64,000 nt of DNA from Octopus vulgaris (taxonomy: Eukaryota), in contig OX597827.1 in assembly GCA_951406725.2 (NCBI GenBank), positions 12,524,001 to 12,588,000 of the forward strand, given 5' to 3'. The position numbers were made by a program, and so were the translations under genes. Shown here piece by piece: positions 13,855-26,685 of this stretch (within the stretch, counting starts at the first letter, position 1; each line of letters starts with the position of its first letter). Below the pieces are notes generated by a model. That model worked only from the letters and a program-made list of their open reading frames with translations, ran no database searches and had not been told where the DNA came from.

Positions 13855-14075
13855 TCCTTTAGCATTTAAACTGTCTGTATCTGGCCCAAGTATCCAATTT
13901 GGTTTATATTCAAGCTAAGCAGATCCAGCCTCTCACATCTACCCTACAATGTTATTTTAAAAATAAACAATCACATCATAGAAATCTTGAAGCAATGAAA
14001 TAAAACATGATTCATTGAAAATAATGTGAAGAAAATAAGCATTACATGTGACAAAATAATATGAATGCTAAAGGG
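13855..14075. mobile_element. piggyBac-like MITE
   Basis: CTAA|TCCTTTAGCATT ... AATGCTAAAGGG|TTAA: terminal inverted repeats with a (T/C)TAA TSD. Confidence 0.7.
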
Positions 14076-14267
14076 TTAATGTTTTAGCCATGGATATCAA
14101 CTTGATAAGGCAAGCCACATAATGGCTACTTGACTGGTTTCAATTTTTGTCAAATCTTCTTGAAATCTCACCTGTGAAAGAGACTTGTAAGTGGGCAGAG
14201 ATTTAGGAGATGATGCAGTTCTAGAAATTACTAAGATTATAGGATAGTCATGATTGAAATACTCTCT

Positions 14268-14680
14268 CTTTACTCTTTTACTTGTTTCAGTCATGTGACT
14301 GTGGCCATGCTGGAGCACCGCCTTTAGTCGATCAAATCGACCCCGGGACTTATTCTTTGTAAGCCTAGTATTTATTTTATCGGTCTCTTTTTTGCCGAAC
14401 CGCTAAGTTATGGGGACGTAAACACACCAGCATCGGTTATCAAGCGATGTTGGGAGGACAAATACAGACACACAAATACGCACATACAAATATACATATA
14501 TATATACATATATACGACGGGCTTCTTTCAGTTTCCGTCTGCCATATCCACTCACAAGGGTTTGGTTGGCCCAAGGCTATAGTAGAAGACACTTACCCAA
14601 GGTGCCACACAGTCGGACTGAACCCGGAAACATGTGGTTCGTAAGCAAGCTACTTACCACATAGCCACTCCTACGCCTAT
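14268..14680 (-). mobile_element. SINE family A, full length
   Basis: Homologous to 883-1297. Confidence 0.9.
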
Positions 14681-15822
14681 AATACCTCCAATAATCAGAG
14701 CAGATGTGGTGTCAAGCAGTAACTAGAACAACCATTGCAAACTTTTATATTTACATATACAGGTATGTTGATGTAAACAGGAAAAATAGAACTCAAAATA
14801 TGAAAATATGAGTATATGCATATTTTTGCCAATGCACAAAATTCTCGAACCTTGAGTCACTTTGTTACTTCTGCTAGATACTAATAATAAATACATTTAT
14901 ATGTATATACATACATACATGTATACATACATATGTATACAGTCATTTAAAAAATTTTTAATTTGAATAGTCATACAGATCCCACTGCAGGAGCCTGTTC
15001 TGCTTCTCTCTCCCATAGTATTTCCTTCATCCCCTGGCATGAAGCTGACCCCCATCTACTCAGGGACTCCAAGTCCTGTGAACTATATGGCAGCCTGAAT
15101 GGTGCAGATGGCATGAAAATATACATCCAGTCCATGCTATAAAGTAGTTGGTGTTAGGAAACCATGCAAAAACAGTCATTGGAGCATAATGCAGTCCTTC
15201 AACACAGCCAAACTGGAACATGAACATTAAATGATAACGATGATGAAGATGATGAAGATAATGATAATGATGATTTTTAGGTGTGGCTATGTAGGTAAGA
15301 ACCTTGCTTTGCAGCCATATTCTTTTGGGTTCAGTCCCACTGTGTGGAACCTTGAGGAAGTATCTTCTACCATAACCCTGGGCTGACCAAAGCCTTGTAA
15401 GTGGGGTTGGTAGACAGAAACTGAAAGAATCCTGTTGTAGTGATATACATGTGTGTGTGTGTGTGTGTGTGTATATAGATCCATATATATCCCTTTGTCT
15501 TTGTGTTGCACTTATCTCTCACCACTGCTTCACAAATGATGTTGGTTTGTTTACATTCCTTTAAATTAGTAGTTCAGCAAAAGAGAACTGATAGAAGAAG
15601 CACCAACATGATCACTGTCCAATGACTGAAACAACTAAAAGGCAAAAGAAAGTCACACAGACAATACATACAGTGTTTTTCAACAAGAATTATTCACCCT
15701 ATTTCATGTTGTATATAAGAATTTTACATGGTAGCATCTGCAGCGTAATTGGCACCTCTGAAATATCTGATCTTAACTTACTTGCAGCTTTTGAATTTAT
15801 CAGTATTCACTATACAATTTTT

Positions 15823-16007
15823 TGCTAGTTTCAGTCATTTGACTGCGGCCATGCTGGAGCACCCCCTTTAGCCGAGCAAATTGCCCCTCAGGACTTATTC
15901 TTTGTAAGCCTAGTACTTGTTCCATCGGTCTCTTTTGCCGAACTGATAAGTTGTGAGGGGAAATAAACACACCAGCATTGGTTGTCAATAGACACACAAA
16001 CATATAC

Positions 16008-16054
<47 letters not shown>

Positions 16055-16221
16055 TACGACGGGATTCTTTCAGTTTTCATCCACAAAATCCACTCACAAG
16101 GCTTTGGTCAGCCCGAGGCTATAGTAGAAGACACTTGCCCAAGGTGCCATGCAGTGGGACTGAACCCGAAACCATGTGGTTCATAAGCAAGCTACTTATC
16201 ACACAGCCACTCCTGCACCTA
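15823..16221 (-). mobile_element. SINE family A with internal deletion
   Basis: Homologous to 883-1297. Confidence 0.88.
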
Positions 16222-16788
16222 TCTGAGGAATGTCTACAAAGTCTACACCTTCTTATTGATAAAGGCCAATGTAATTACCATCACCTTCATCCTCCTCCTC
16301 CTCCTCATCATCATCATCATCAGCAGCAGCAGCATCACCTCCACCATCACCATCACTGTTGTCATCGTCATCATTACTGTCATCATTTTTCGCGTCCTTG
16401 TTGTCACAAACTTATCATCATCATCATCTCTTACCCTATTCTTTTTTAACTCGGGCTTTCTCTTGTATGCGAGTAGCTACAGATAACTACCAGAATGAAT
16501 TCTAATCGAAATAAGCAAAACAGAGATTAAAAAACGAGGCACTTTTAGAAAAGTCGCCTGATGAGGCACATCTCCACTGAAGGAAGCACCACAACTATTT
16601 ATACAACTTCTCACCCACGAGGGACCAATGTATGATGGATCAAAATGATCGTAGAGATTAATAAAGTATCACGTGAATTCCATTTTCTTTCTCTTTTCTC
16701 TCTTATATTATTCTATTTTTCTTTACAATGGACAGGCTTACAAAACTGAATTTCTTGATACAGATTGATCTTTGAAAAATATTTTCAA

Positions 16789-17188
16789 CTAGCAGTATCG
16801 CCCGGCGTTGCTCGGGTTTGTAAGGGAAATAACTATATAAGCATTTTTAGAGAGCTATAGCCAAAAAATAGCAAAAAAATGCATTAAAAATGGAAAACAA
16901 ATTATGGTAAATTTTTTTTTAAATCGTTGACTCATCGTAGACATTTTTAGAGAGTTACTTCCCTTATATAATAGCGAAAAAATGCATTAAAATTGAAAAA
17001 AATGATGGTAAATTTCTTTTAAATCGTAGACTCATCGTAGACATGCGCTAATACCCAGAAGGGCTCGATATGAATCACGACTATAAGATACCCGGTTTTG
17101 GTTAAACTGCATCGCAAAATGTGGGAGTAGTTAGGAATCTAAATCGTAGGAGACACACAGCACACAACTTCACTTTTATATATAAAGA
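16789..17188 (-). mobile_element. Non-autonomous Helitron
   Basis: Minus strand starts A|TCTTTATATATAAAA and ends CCCGAGCAACGCCGGG hairpin + CGATACTGCTAG|T; no TSD; same family as 54634-55146. Confidence 0.85.
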
Positions 17189-17894
17189 TGAACCCCACAA
17201 TATTCCACATGTTGGATCAAAACACATCCTATCATCTTAAAAAATAATTTGCATCTGGTACTACATTGGATAACAGGTTTAGATACATGCTGACAAAACA
17301 AAAAAAAAAGGTATGTTTCGCAACTGTAAGGCTTTTGAACAAAGACCTACTCCATTGGAGGCTGTTGAAATAGGAATGGTATTTAAACAACAAAGATAAC
17401 AACAAGAGCAGGTATCAACCCATCGCACATTACATTTAATTCTAGGATACAATAACAGGGCTTGTTTTGAAAGTGTTCATGTTTGTTCCTGTTTAAATAA
17501 AAAAAACTTTCCATTGATGAGTTTATGTAAGAGCCTTTTGTTCGGTTGTGTTTTCAAACACCAACTTTTAATAAGAATAAAGTTAGCTGTTTTACAAAAT
17601 CCTTTCAAAATATTGATTATTTTCATAATTAATTCAAACAGAGAGCCAGGCTTATTTTGTCTGAAATATGTTCATAAAAGGGTTGCAAAAAAAAAAGAAT
17701 GCAGATATTGCTGCAGATGACACATACAATGCACACACACACACACATACACACACAATCACACACACACACACTCACTCACTCACTCACACACATGCAC
17801 ACACGCTCACACGCCTATACACACACATGCATATAAACATTAATATATACATATATACATATATACATACACATACATATATATATATATACAT

Positions 17895-17957
<63 letters not shown>

Positions 17958-18143
17958 TATATATATATAAATAAATAAATATATATATATATATATTCAT
18001 ATATATATAAATATGTATGTGTGTGTATATATATATATATATATATAGTATGGCTGGATTCTGAAGGATTGCTCATAGCAAGAAGAACTGAGATGTAACA
18101 GAATGAATTAACAATTTTAAATGAATAAATGTACACTACTATA

Positions 18144-19019
18144 CAAGGTGCATTCCAGAAGTTTTGAGACTTTTTCAGGAGAGCCATTTATTAATTTCAA
18201 AGAAGTACAAAACTCTAATCTCCTTCAAAGTTGGATCCTCTGACCTCAATGCCCTTGCTGTAGTGCTCCATCCACTTCGTGAAGGCTCCAAGGAAGTCCT
18301 CCAAAGTGAAGATGTCCAGGACCCTTGTCACAGCCTTCTCCATTTGTCTCCTTCAGCTTGGAGAACAGCCAAAAGCCACAGGAAGCAAGGTCTGGACTGT
18401 AGGGTGGGTGAGGGGACAGTTTTGATGCCCATCTCTGTCAGGTGGCTGGTTACCAGGATGGAACTGTAGACTGGTGTATTGCCCTGGTCTAAAGGCTCAG
18501 GCCTTTTGCAATGAAATCTCTTCCTGAACTCCCTCAAAACCTCCACAAAGTACTCTGTTCACAGTCCAGCCAGAGGGAACCCAGTGGATGTAGATGATGC
18601 CTTTGCTGTTGATAAAGGGCATCATCATGAGCTTCCCAGGAGGCTTGCTTTGCTTGGCTGATTTTACCAGCAAAAAACAGGTGCTCAGCTCATACAAGGT
18701 AATCCATAAGTTGTCTGGAATATTTCATTAATTTCTGTAATGTTTTTTTTCCAGTTTAACACAAAACTTTATTGAATAGTGAGCTTCCATATTGTCTTCC
18801 TGTCCCAACTGCATTCTTCAAATTAGTCGGCTGTGGCAAGCAGTTTTTAGTAGGGTATGTTCAAAGTGCTGTTAGAGCCGTCTCCTTCAATCTGGAATAA
18901 CAAAAATTGGTAGGTCAGCTTGTTAGATGTAGAGTAATGAAATAGTAAAATTACAATAATCTAGAACATTTATAACTATCTCACCGAAAAGAGTCTCAAA
19001 ACTTCTGAAATGCACCTCA
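18144..19019 (-). mobile_element. Internally deleted mariner transposon with TIRs and TA TSD
   Basis: TA|CAAGGTGCATTCCAGAAGTTTTGAGACT ... AGTCTCAAAACTTCTGAAATGCACCTCA|TA; transposase remnants AKQSKPPGKLMMMPFINSKGIIYIHWVPSG and EVLREFRKRF...GNTPVYSSILVTSHLTEMGIKTVP. Confidence 0.92.
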
Positions 19020-19083
19020 TATGTATTACATATTCTTTCCTAATTTGTACACCTAATGATATATAAGCATGCAGGCATATATG

Positions 19084-19115
<32 letters not shown>

Positions 19116-19354
19116 ATAACAAAGGGTAAAATTAATTAATTAAGAAGTAATCAGTAATTTCACCAAGTAGAATTTGGCATGAAAAAGACCATTTCATGGT
19201 AAGCTTAAGTAATACTTTATAATTAGGGTTCAGAAAAACCAAAGTTTTTCTGGGAGGCCCTTTTAAAGTAGAAGGAATAGTTAAGATTTTTTGACTGCTA
19301 TTTCTAAACATCGGTATGTGGTGAAGCAAATCTTTGCTGAACCCTAATTATAAA

Positions 19355-19393
<39 letters not shown>

Positions 19394-19772
19394 CATATAT
19401 ACATATATATATATGTATATACATATATATATATGCACACACATATATATACATACACATACATATATAGATAAACATACACACATGCAAACATGCAGAC
19501 ACATACACATGTGCATACACACACACACACACACATATATATTCTACCCAAAAACTGCTTTCCGTGTAGATGTTTAATCTGGCTCCAGCAGAGGGCAGTT
19601 TGGCCTTTGGCATAAAGTAAGATTGTAAAGTTGAAGACCTCTTCAAAAGAAGACATTATCATCATCACCACCATCACAATCACCATTAACATTCTCAATA
19701 ATTCTTTATTTGTATAAATATATTTATCATTTGAAAATTTGTCAAACCGAAACCCCACTTGATCTTGTAGAG

Positions 19773-20027
19773 CAATGGTTCTTAACCGGGGTTCACAGGG
19801 CCCTTAGAGGCCCACGTAAGATTTTGCTGTTAAAATTTATGAACAATAATTTGGTTGTACTTCTGCAATACACAAAATGTTTCAGTTATTTTTTGATGTA
19901 ATTTCTAATAGTATTTAATTATAAAACTACAATGGGACTTTTTAAGCATCAAATTTCTATGGGAATCCAATAGAGTAAACTAGAGATCTAAGTGATCCCA
20001 TGGATGAAAAATGGTTGAGAAACACTG
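19773..20027. mobile_element. hAT-Charlie-like MITE
   Basis: TIR CAATGGTTCTTAACC ... GGTTGAGAAACACTG; 8-bp TSD TTGTAGAG / TTCTAGAG. Confidence 0.82.
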
Positions 20028-20035
20028 TTCTAGAG

Positions 20036-20219
20036 CAGTCCCCTGCCACTGGTATGCTGCAGCACACTGGTGTTACACCTGATGATGCTAGGTGTGCTGC
20101 AGTTTCACCTGAATATAAACCCTTCCCCCCAATATTTTTAGTTATATTTCTAGTTCAGGTGTGCCACTGAATTTTGGAAAGAAGTGTACCGCAACTGAAA
20201 AAAAGGTTGCAGAGCACTG
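20036..20219. mobile_element. Second hAT-Charlie-like MITE abutting the first
   Basis: CAGT...ACTG ends; flanks TTCTAGAG / CTCTAGAG fit the NTCTAGAN Charlie target. Confidence 0.72.
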
Positions 20220-21009
20220 CTCTAGAGCCTTAGCTTTCTAGGGATTTGTCTACTTTAAAGCTTTACCCCCAATTATGTTGATTCAAAATCCATTGGAATT
20301 TCTTCTCAAACTTTTGCTGGCTTGTGCAAAGTTTTTCTCTCATAGCTACAGATTTTTTTTTGTTTGGTTTTTCTGGGAGCCCCTTTTAAAGTAGAAGGAA
20401 TAGCTAAGATTTTTTGACTGCTATTTCTAAACTTCAGTATGTGGTGAAGCAAATCTTTGCTGAACCCTAATTATAAAGTATATATATACAAATCCACTCA
20501 CAAGGCATTGGTCAGCCCGGGGCTATAGCAGAAGACACTTGCCCAAGATGCCACGCAGTGGGACTGAACCCAGAACCATGTGGTTGGTTAGCAAGCTACT
20601 TACCACACAGCCACTACTGCACCTATGTTTAATATAATTCTCCAACCAATGTCCAGCATGTTTCCTCTGTACATTCCAACTTCTATGATTATAATTCTTA
20701 ATTCCTACTTCGCTCCTTGCAAGAATTAAAAAAAGTTATAGGGAGCACTAAGTTTTGCCCCACAGGTTGATGGACCAAAGTAGCACAGCAAATCTACCAG
20801 GGTTACCCTGACTCCAAATATCTACCATATGTGCCATTTTATTGGGGTGGACTCTACTCCAGAGCACCTGAATATATAATCCAGGAAACCATTTCAATGC
20901 ATGTTTATATATACATGTGTGCCATGAGCTACTAGCATCTCTGGGGATGAAAGTTGGTTACACCTTCCCTAACGATGGTCTAAGAAGATTAGATACTAGT
21001 TCATTGATA

Positions 21010-21390
21010 CCTGGGGAAGCACTCCGTCGGTTACGACAACGAGGGTTCCGGTTGATCTGAATAAACGGAACAGCCTGCTCGTGAAATTAACGTGTAAGTG
21101 GCTGAGCACTCCACAGACCCTTAACGTAGTTCTCGGGGATATTCAGCGTGACACAGAGAGTGACAAGGCCGGCCCTTTGAAATACAGGTACAACAGAAAC
21201 AGGAAGTAAGAGTGAGAGAAAGTTGTGGTGAAAGAGTACAGCAGGGATCACCACCATTCCCTGCTGGAGCCTCGTGGAACTTTTAGGTGTTTTTGCTCAA
21301 TAAACACTCACAACGCCCAGTCTGGGAATCGAAACCGCGATCCTATGACCGCGAGTCCGCTGCCCTAACTACTGGGCCATTGCGCCTCCA
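21010..21390 (-). mobile_element. SINE family C
   Basis: tRNA-like head TGGAGGCGCAATGGCCCAGTAGTTAGGGCAGCGGACTCGCGG on the minus strand. Confidence 0.85.
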
Positions 21391-21654
21391 CTCATTGATA
21401 CCATTTTCTTCTATGCTCAAAGAGAGCAAACTATTTTTTTTGTTTTGCATCTTTCATTATTTTCTCCAAGACTCTTTCAGGAGTTTTTTTTCTTCTCTTT
21501 GTCCCTTCCCACTCCTGTCATGCCCAACATTGTTTATTTCTGACTCCAATATATGTTTATTACAAAAACTTATACTTGATATTTTAAATTACTATGTTGT
21601 ACACTTTGAATTATTCTTGTTGCTATTGTTGCTGCTGCTGTTGCTGTTGAACGA

Positions 21655-22013
21655 ACAGTCTTCGTCCCAGAGCTCGCAAGATGGGAGAAGTCTGAAACAT
21701 GCTCCTTTGCTATTCGTAATACTCACAGAAGAGAAAGCAGGTCAACCCCCAACACTGAGAGCATTGATGGATGGAGGAATGCGCATCCAGGCTCAGTGGT
21801 TGTGTAGGAAGTCGGGGACAAGAAACAGGAAGAAAGAGTGAGAGAAAGTTGTAACGAAAGAGAACAACAGGGGTCGCCACCACCCCCTGCCGGAGCCTCG
21901 TGGAGCTTTAGGTGTTTTCGCTCAATAAACACACACAACGCCCAGTCTGGGGATTGAAACCACGATCCACCGACTGCGAGTCCGCTGCCCTAACCATTAG
22001 GCCATTGCGTCTC
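21655..22013 (-). mobile_element. SINE family C
   Basis: Closely similar to 320-641. Confidence 0.85.
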
Positions 22014-22129
22014 CGCTGTTGCTGCTGCTGCCAATACTGTTGCAGTTGCTGTTGTTATTGTTGTTGTTGTTGTTGTTATTATTTTTATTATTCTTATTAT
22101 CATTAAGCTGATACATGCTAATTTAATTA

Positions 22130-22330
22130 ACAGGAATTTTATCATTGGGTTTTGTAACAACAAATCTCCACAAAGCTTGAGAACTTTTCTTAGGATTCTT
22201 TCAGAATATAGGATGGTACTTTTCTGTAGGTCAACAAAGAGAGTTTCAATTCCAATCTTTTACAGTCTTTCAGATAGCATTTTGGGTTTTATGCTAATTG
22301 CATTAATTACCACAGGAATAATTATTCCCT
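22130..22330 (-). pseudogene. 3' end of an R4/Dong-clade (RLE) non-LTR retrotransposon
   Basis: Translates IIIPVVINAISIKPKMLSERL*KIGIETLFVDLQKSTILYSERILRKVL, the typical C-terminus of this clade; adjacent to a long (TAA)n tract. Confidence 0.72.
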
Positions 22331-22375
22331 TAATCTTCCGCAGTCTCTTATTTATCATTTTCATCATCATCATCA

Positions 22376-22438
<63 letters not shown>

Positions 22439-22449
22439 TATTATTATTA

Positions 22450-22502
<53 letters not shown>

Positions 22503-23181
22503 GTTATTATTATACTTATTTTCTTTTCTTTTGGTTTTGGAAGGAAGACAACGCTCATAACCTTTCACCAAATGACAATGATCAGTGTTAGTTTGAAAGA
22601 ATGGTAATCTTAACCTCTTTCACTGCAAAATTAAATATTATGGCTATTCCAATAATGACGTTAAATATCTACCAAAAAATTTGTTCTGTTATTACTATTA
22701 TTGTTTTTTGTATTTATATTCGTGTGGCATCGTCCATTTTTCTGTCCTTGTTTCGTATACATTCGATCCTTTTTCCAAGAAATCTAATGCTTGTAGCTTA
22801 GTTTTTCCTAGGGGCTGGCCAGATCGGAGCGATCTCAAGATTAATCAGCCGAAATTGCGAGGATGATCCGGTTCTTGACTGAAGATTAGAGGCTTCGAAT
22901 GACCCGTCCGTTTTTTGTGTCGTCTCTTTGAGTGTTTTGCGTTCTTGTCCCATTTTGTATTTTTATATATATTTTTTATACATACATACATATATATATG
23001 TATAAATATTAAAGTATGCATTTCACTCCACATGTATACTATGAACAATCAGTGTCTGATGAATGTACTTGTTGTGTATGCAAAACTATTAGTAGCACAT
23101 GTGGAGTGTATTACATGCATTAATATTGGACTCGCGTTAGATAGAGTACTCTTCTTGTAGATCTTTTTACGCAGATAAATT

Positions 23182-23227
<46 letters not shown>

Positions 23228-23352
23228 TCCCAAAATGGGACAAGAACGCAAAACATCCAGACAGCTAGGTGAAATAAAAAAAAGAAAAACAAAATAAATA
23301 TCCAAACAGACAATACAAGGAAAACAAGGACGGATCATTCGAATTTCCTATA

Positions 23353-23386
<34 letters not shown>

Positions 23387-23401
23387 GTAATTTGATCTAT
23401 G

Positions 23402-23458
<57 letters not shown>

Positions 23459-23823
23459 CATCATCATTATCATCTTCCTCCTCATCATCATCATCCAGTG
23501 TTTTGTATCTGGCTTTTGTTCCCGTTGACGGGGGTGGCCAGATCTATCTCAGTGCTATAGCAACTGAGGTAGGCAGGTGAACACTACCCCAACCTTTGGG
23601 CTGGCTGTTGCCCATTCTCTTTTGTTATCATGAGGTTTTTTTGGGGGCTGGATTTTTCTATGGGGAGCATGCCCTTGCTTACTCCCAACCTCAGTTTATA
23701 GACATGAGTGGTCCCAAGACTGAGGCCTCTACCATGATTTTTAAGAAATGTTGTGGAAAACTATCTCAGGAAGGCAGGGACGCTACTCCCTGAGACACCT
23801 TTCAGAGCCTCTCTACCTATTAC

Positions 23824-23854
<31 letters not shown>

Positions 23855-23889
23855 CATATATGCACACACACACGCACACACACATATAT

Positions 23890-24111
23890 CTTTTACTCTT
23901 TTACTCTTTTACTTGTTTCAGTCATTTGACTGCGGGCATGCTGGAGCACCGCCTTTAGTCGAGCAAATCGACCCCGGGACTTATTCTTTGTAAGCCCAGT
24001 ACTTATTCTATCGGTCTCTTTTGCTGAACCGCTAAGTGACGGGGATGTAAGCACACCAGCATCGGTTGTCAAGCAATGCTAGGGGGACAAACACAGACAC
24101 ACAAACACATA

Positions 24112-24149
<38 letters not shown>

Positions 24150-24316
24150 TACGACAGGCTTCTTTCATTTTCCGTCTACCAAATCCACTCACAAGGCATT
24201 GGTCGGCCCAGGGCTATAGCAGAAGACACTTGCCCAAGATGCCACGCAGTGGGACTGAACCCGGAACCATGTGGTTGGTTAGCAAGCTACTTACCACACA
24301 GCCACTCCTGCGCCTA
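23890..24316 (-). mobile_element. SINE family A, full length
   Basis: Homologous to 883-1297. Confidence 0.9.
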
Positions 24317-25476
24317 TATATATATTTCTCTGTTTACATGTACATTTATGTGTTATAATGAAATTGTATGTTTGCATACAGATAGATTCAAGCTCAGAAG
24401 TATTGTCTCAGCAAACTGAATCAGTAACATTTGTAAATAAAGCTCTAAATAAATGCATTTTACATTTTACATTCTCTCTTTGTCAAATATCTTTCTGTAT
24501 ATTTAAATCATGTATTTATAAAACAAAAAAGAGACCCCAAAAAAATAGCCTATCAGTTAATTGTTAACCTCTGTTAGTGTGTATGAGTATATGTGTTGGT
24601 GTGTGTGTGTGTGTGTGTGTGTGTGCATATGTGCATATGTGTGTGTGTGTACGCATGCACATGATGTTTGCTTAAAAGTTCATTCTATTAAAGAAAATTC
24701 TAAGTAAATTACATTTATTTGTTACGGTTATTATTCTCAGAGATATTTAGAAATATTGTGAAGAACAGCCATTTTAAATTTCTCTAATTACTCTATATAA
24801 TTATGTTAGCTACAAATAAATTGTATTTCATTTATTAATTCTTATCCAACCATTTCTTATAACAATCCATTTCACAGAGATTCCACTGAAATAATAAACA
24901 ACATGCCCTCACCAGACCTACATCAGCTTACTTCTCCAAGAAGCTATTCAATCAATCATCTTATGATTCCCTGCCAAATTCCCCTGCCCATTGAGCCACT
25001 ACCACAGAATTAAGGTTTAGCTAATCTACAGAACGCATGAATGATGGAGGTATCAAAGCATGGAATTTAGATTAAAAGCTATCGTGTTTGCAAATCACTA
25101 CCTTAAATATTCATTACAAAGGAGTTTTAATTAAAATCTTGAAATATGGTGTGTTTGGTGGACTGGGAAATATGGCAGTCAGCAGAAAGATTATTGCAGA
25201 ATATGTTGTGGTGAAAAATGGTCAACAGTAAACTATAGCTTGGAGATAACAGCATGAAAGATATTATGCGATAAGCTGGGAGAAATAGTGGGGCGATTGA
25301 ATTGGCTCCTTTACAAAATTTGACCTTTTGCCTAAATGAAAATATCTATTTTATGGTATGCTGTAGAATAATCTATTAATTAATTCTAAGCTACTACTGT
25401 AAGTGAATATATAGTAAGTCTTATAATCCATTGTATTGTCAGAGAAAACACTGGAATTTTAGTAAATCATCTAAGG

Positions 25477-25788
25477 CAATGTTTGCCAATCTATGGATCA
25501 CAGAATAATTCACAAAGGCAAAATCTTTTACTAATGAAATGTTTGATCACATGCAAAATGTTCATAGTTATATTATGCAATGTGTAACAGATATTGTAAA
25601 GATGATAATACAACATTTCTAAGTGAAAAAAAATACTAAATGTGAAAGAATTAAACTTTTTGAAATCGTTTCTTTTCTACTTGATTAGTTAAAAAAATAA
25701 TAATAATTAACATAAAAACACAAAGGAGCTTCTATAATTAAAAATTTATCCAAAATTAGTTTCAATGGTAGAATGCTTGTAACCACTG
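25477..25788. mobile_element. Old hAT-like MITE
   Basis: CAATGTTTGCCAA ... TTGTAACCACTG with TSD ATCTAAGG / ATTTAAGG. Confidence 0.6.
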
Positions 25789-26111
25789 ATTTAAGGCAAG
25801 TCAACTTGGTTGAGTCTTTTTTTTTTTGTCCTTTGCCACTTTTTACAGGCAAACTGCACCATCATGGGATAGCTATTTACTATTGGCACACGTATGGCTA
25901 TGTGGGTAAGAAGTTTACTTTGCAACTCAATGGCTCAGGGTTCATTCTCACCACTTGACATGACACTGTGGACAAGTATCCTACACAAAAGCCTCAGGCT
26001 GACATTCGCATATATGCATATACGTATGTATATACATACATGCATAGATTGCTAGATACATAAACAGACGGACAGACAGACAGGTAGGTAGGTAGATAGA
26101 ATGACAGACAG

Positions 26112-26156
<45 letters not shown>

Positions 26157-26269
26157 TGTCTGTGTGAGTGTCTGTGTCTGTGTGTCTGTGTGTGTCTATA
26201 AATTTGCATGTGTTTGTGTCTTCTCGTTGTTTACTTACATTGATTGCAATAAAATGTCCAGCTATTAAG

Positions 26270-26478
26270 TACTTTTACTTGTTTCAGTCATTTGACTGCG
26301 GCCATGCTGGAGCACCGCCTTTAGTCGAGCAAGTCGACCCCAGAACTTATTTTTTGTAAGCCCAGTACTTATTCTATCGGTCTCTTTTGCCGAACTGCTA
26401 AGTGACGGGGACGTAAACACACCAGCATCGGTTGTCAAGCAATGCTAGGGGGACAAACACACACACACAAACGCACAC

Positions 26479-26521
<43 letters not shown>

Positions 26522-26685
26522 TACGACAGGCTTCTTTCAGTTTCTGTCTACCAAATCCACTCACAAGGCTTTGGTCGGCCCGAGGCTATAGCAGAAGACA
26601 CTTGCCCAAGGTGCCACGCAGTGGGACTGAACCCGGAACCATGTGGTTGGTAAGCAAGCTACTTACCAGATAGCCACTCCTGCAT
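26270..26685 (-). mobile_element. SINE family A
   Basis: Homologous to 883-1297. Confidence 0.9.
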
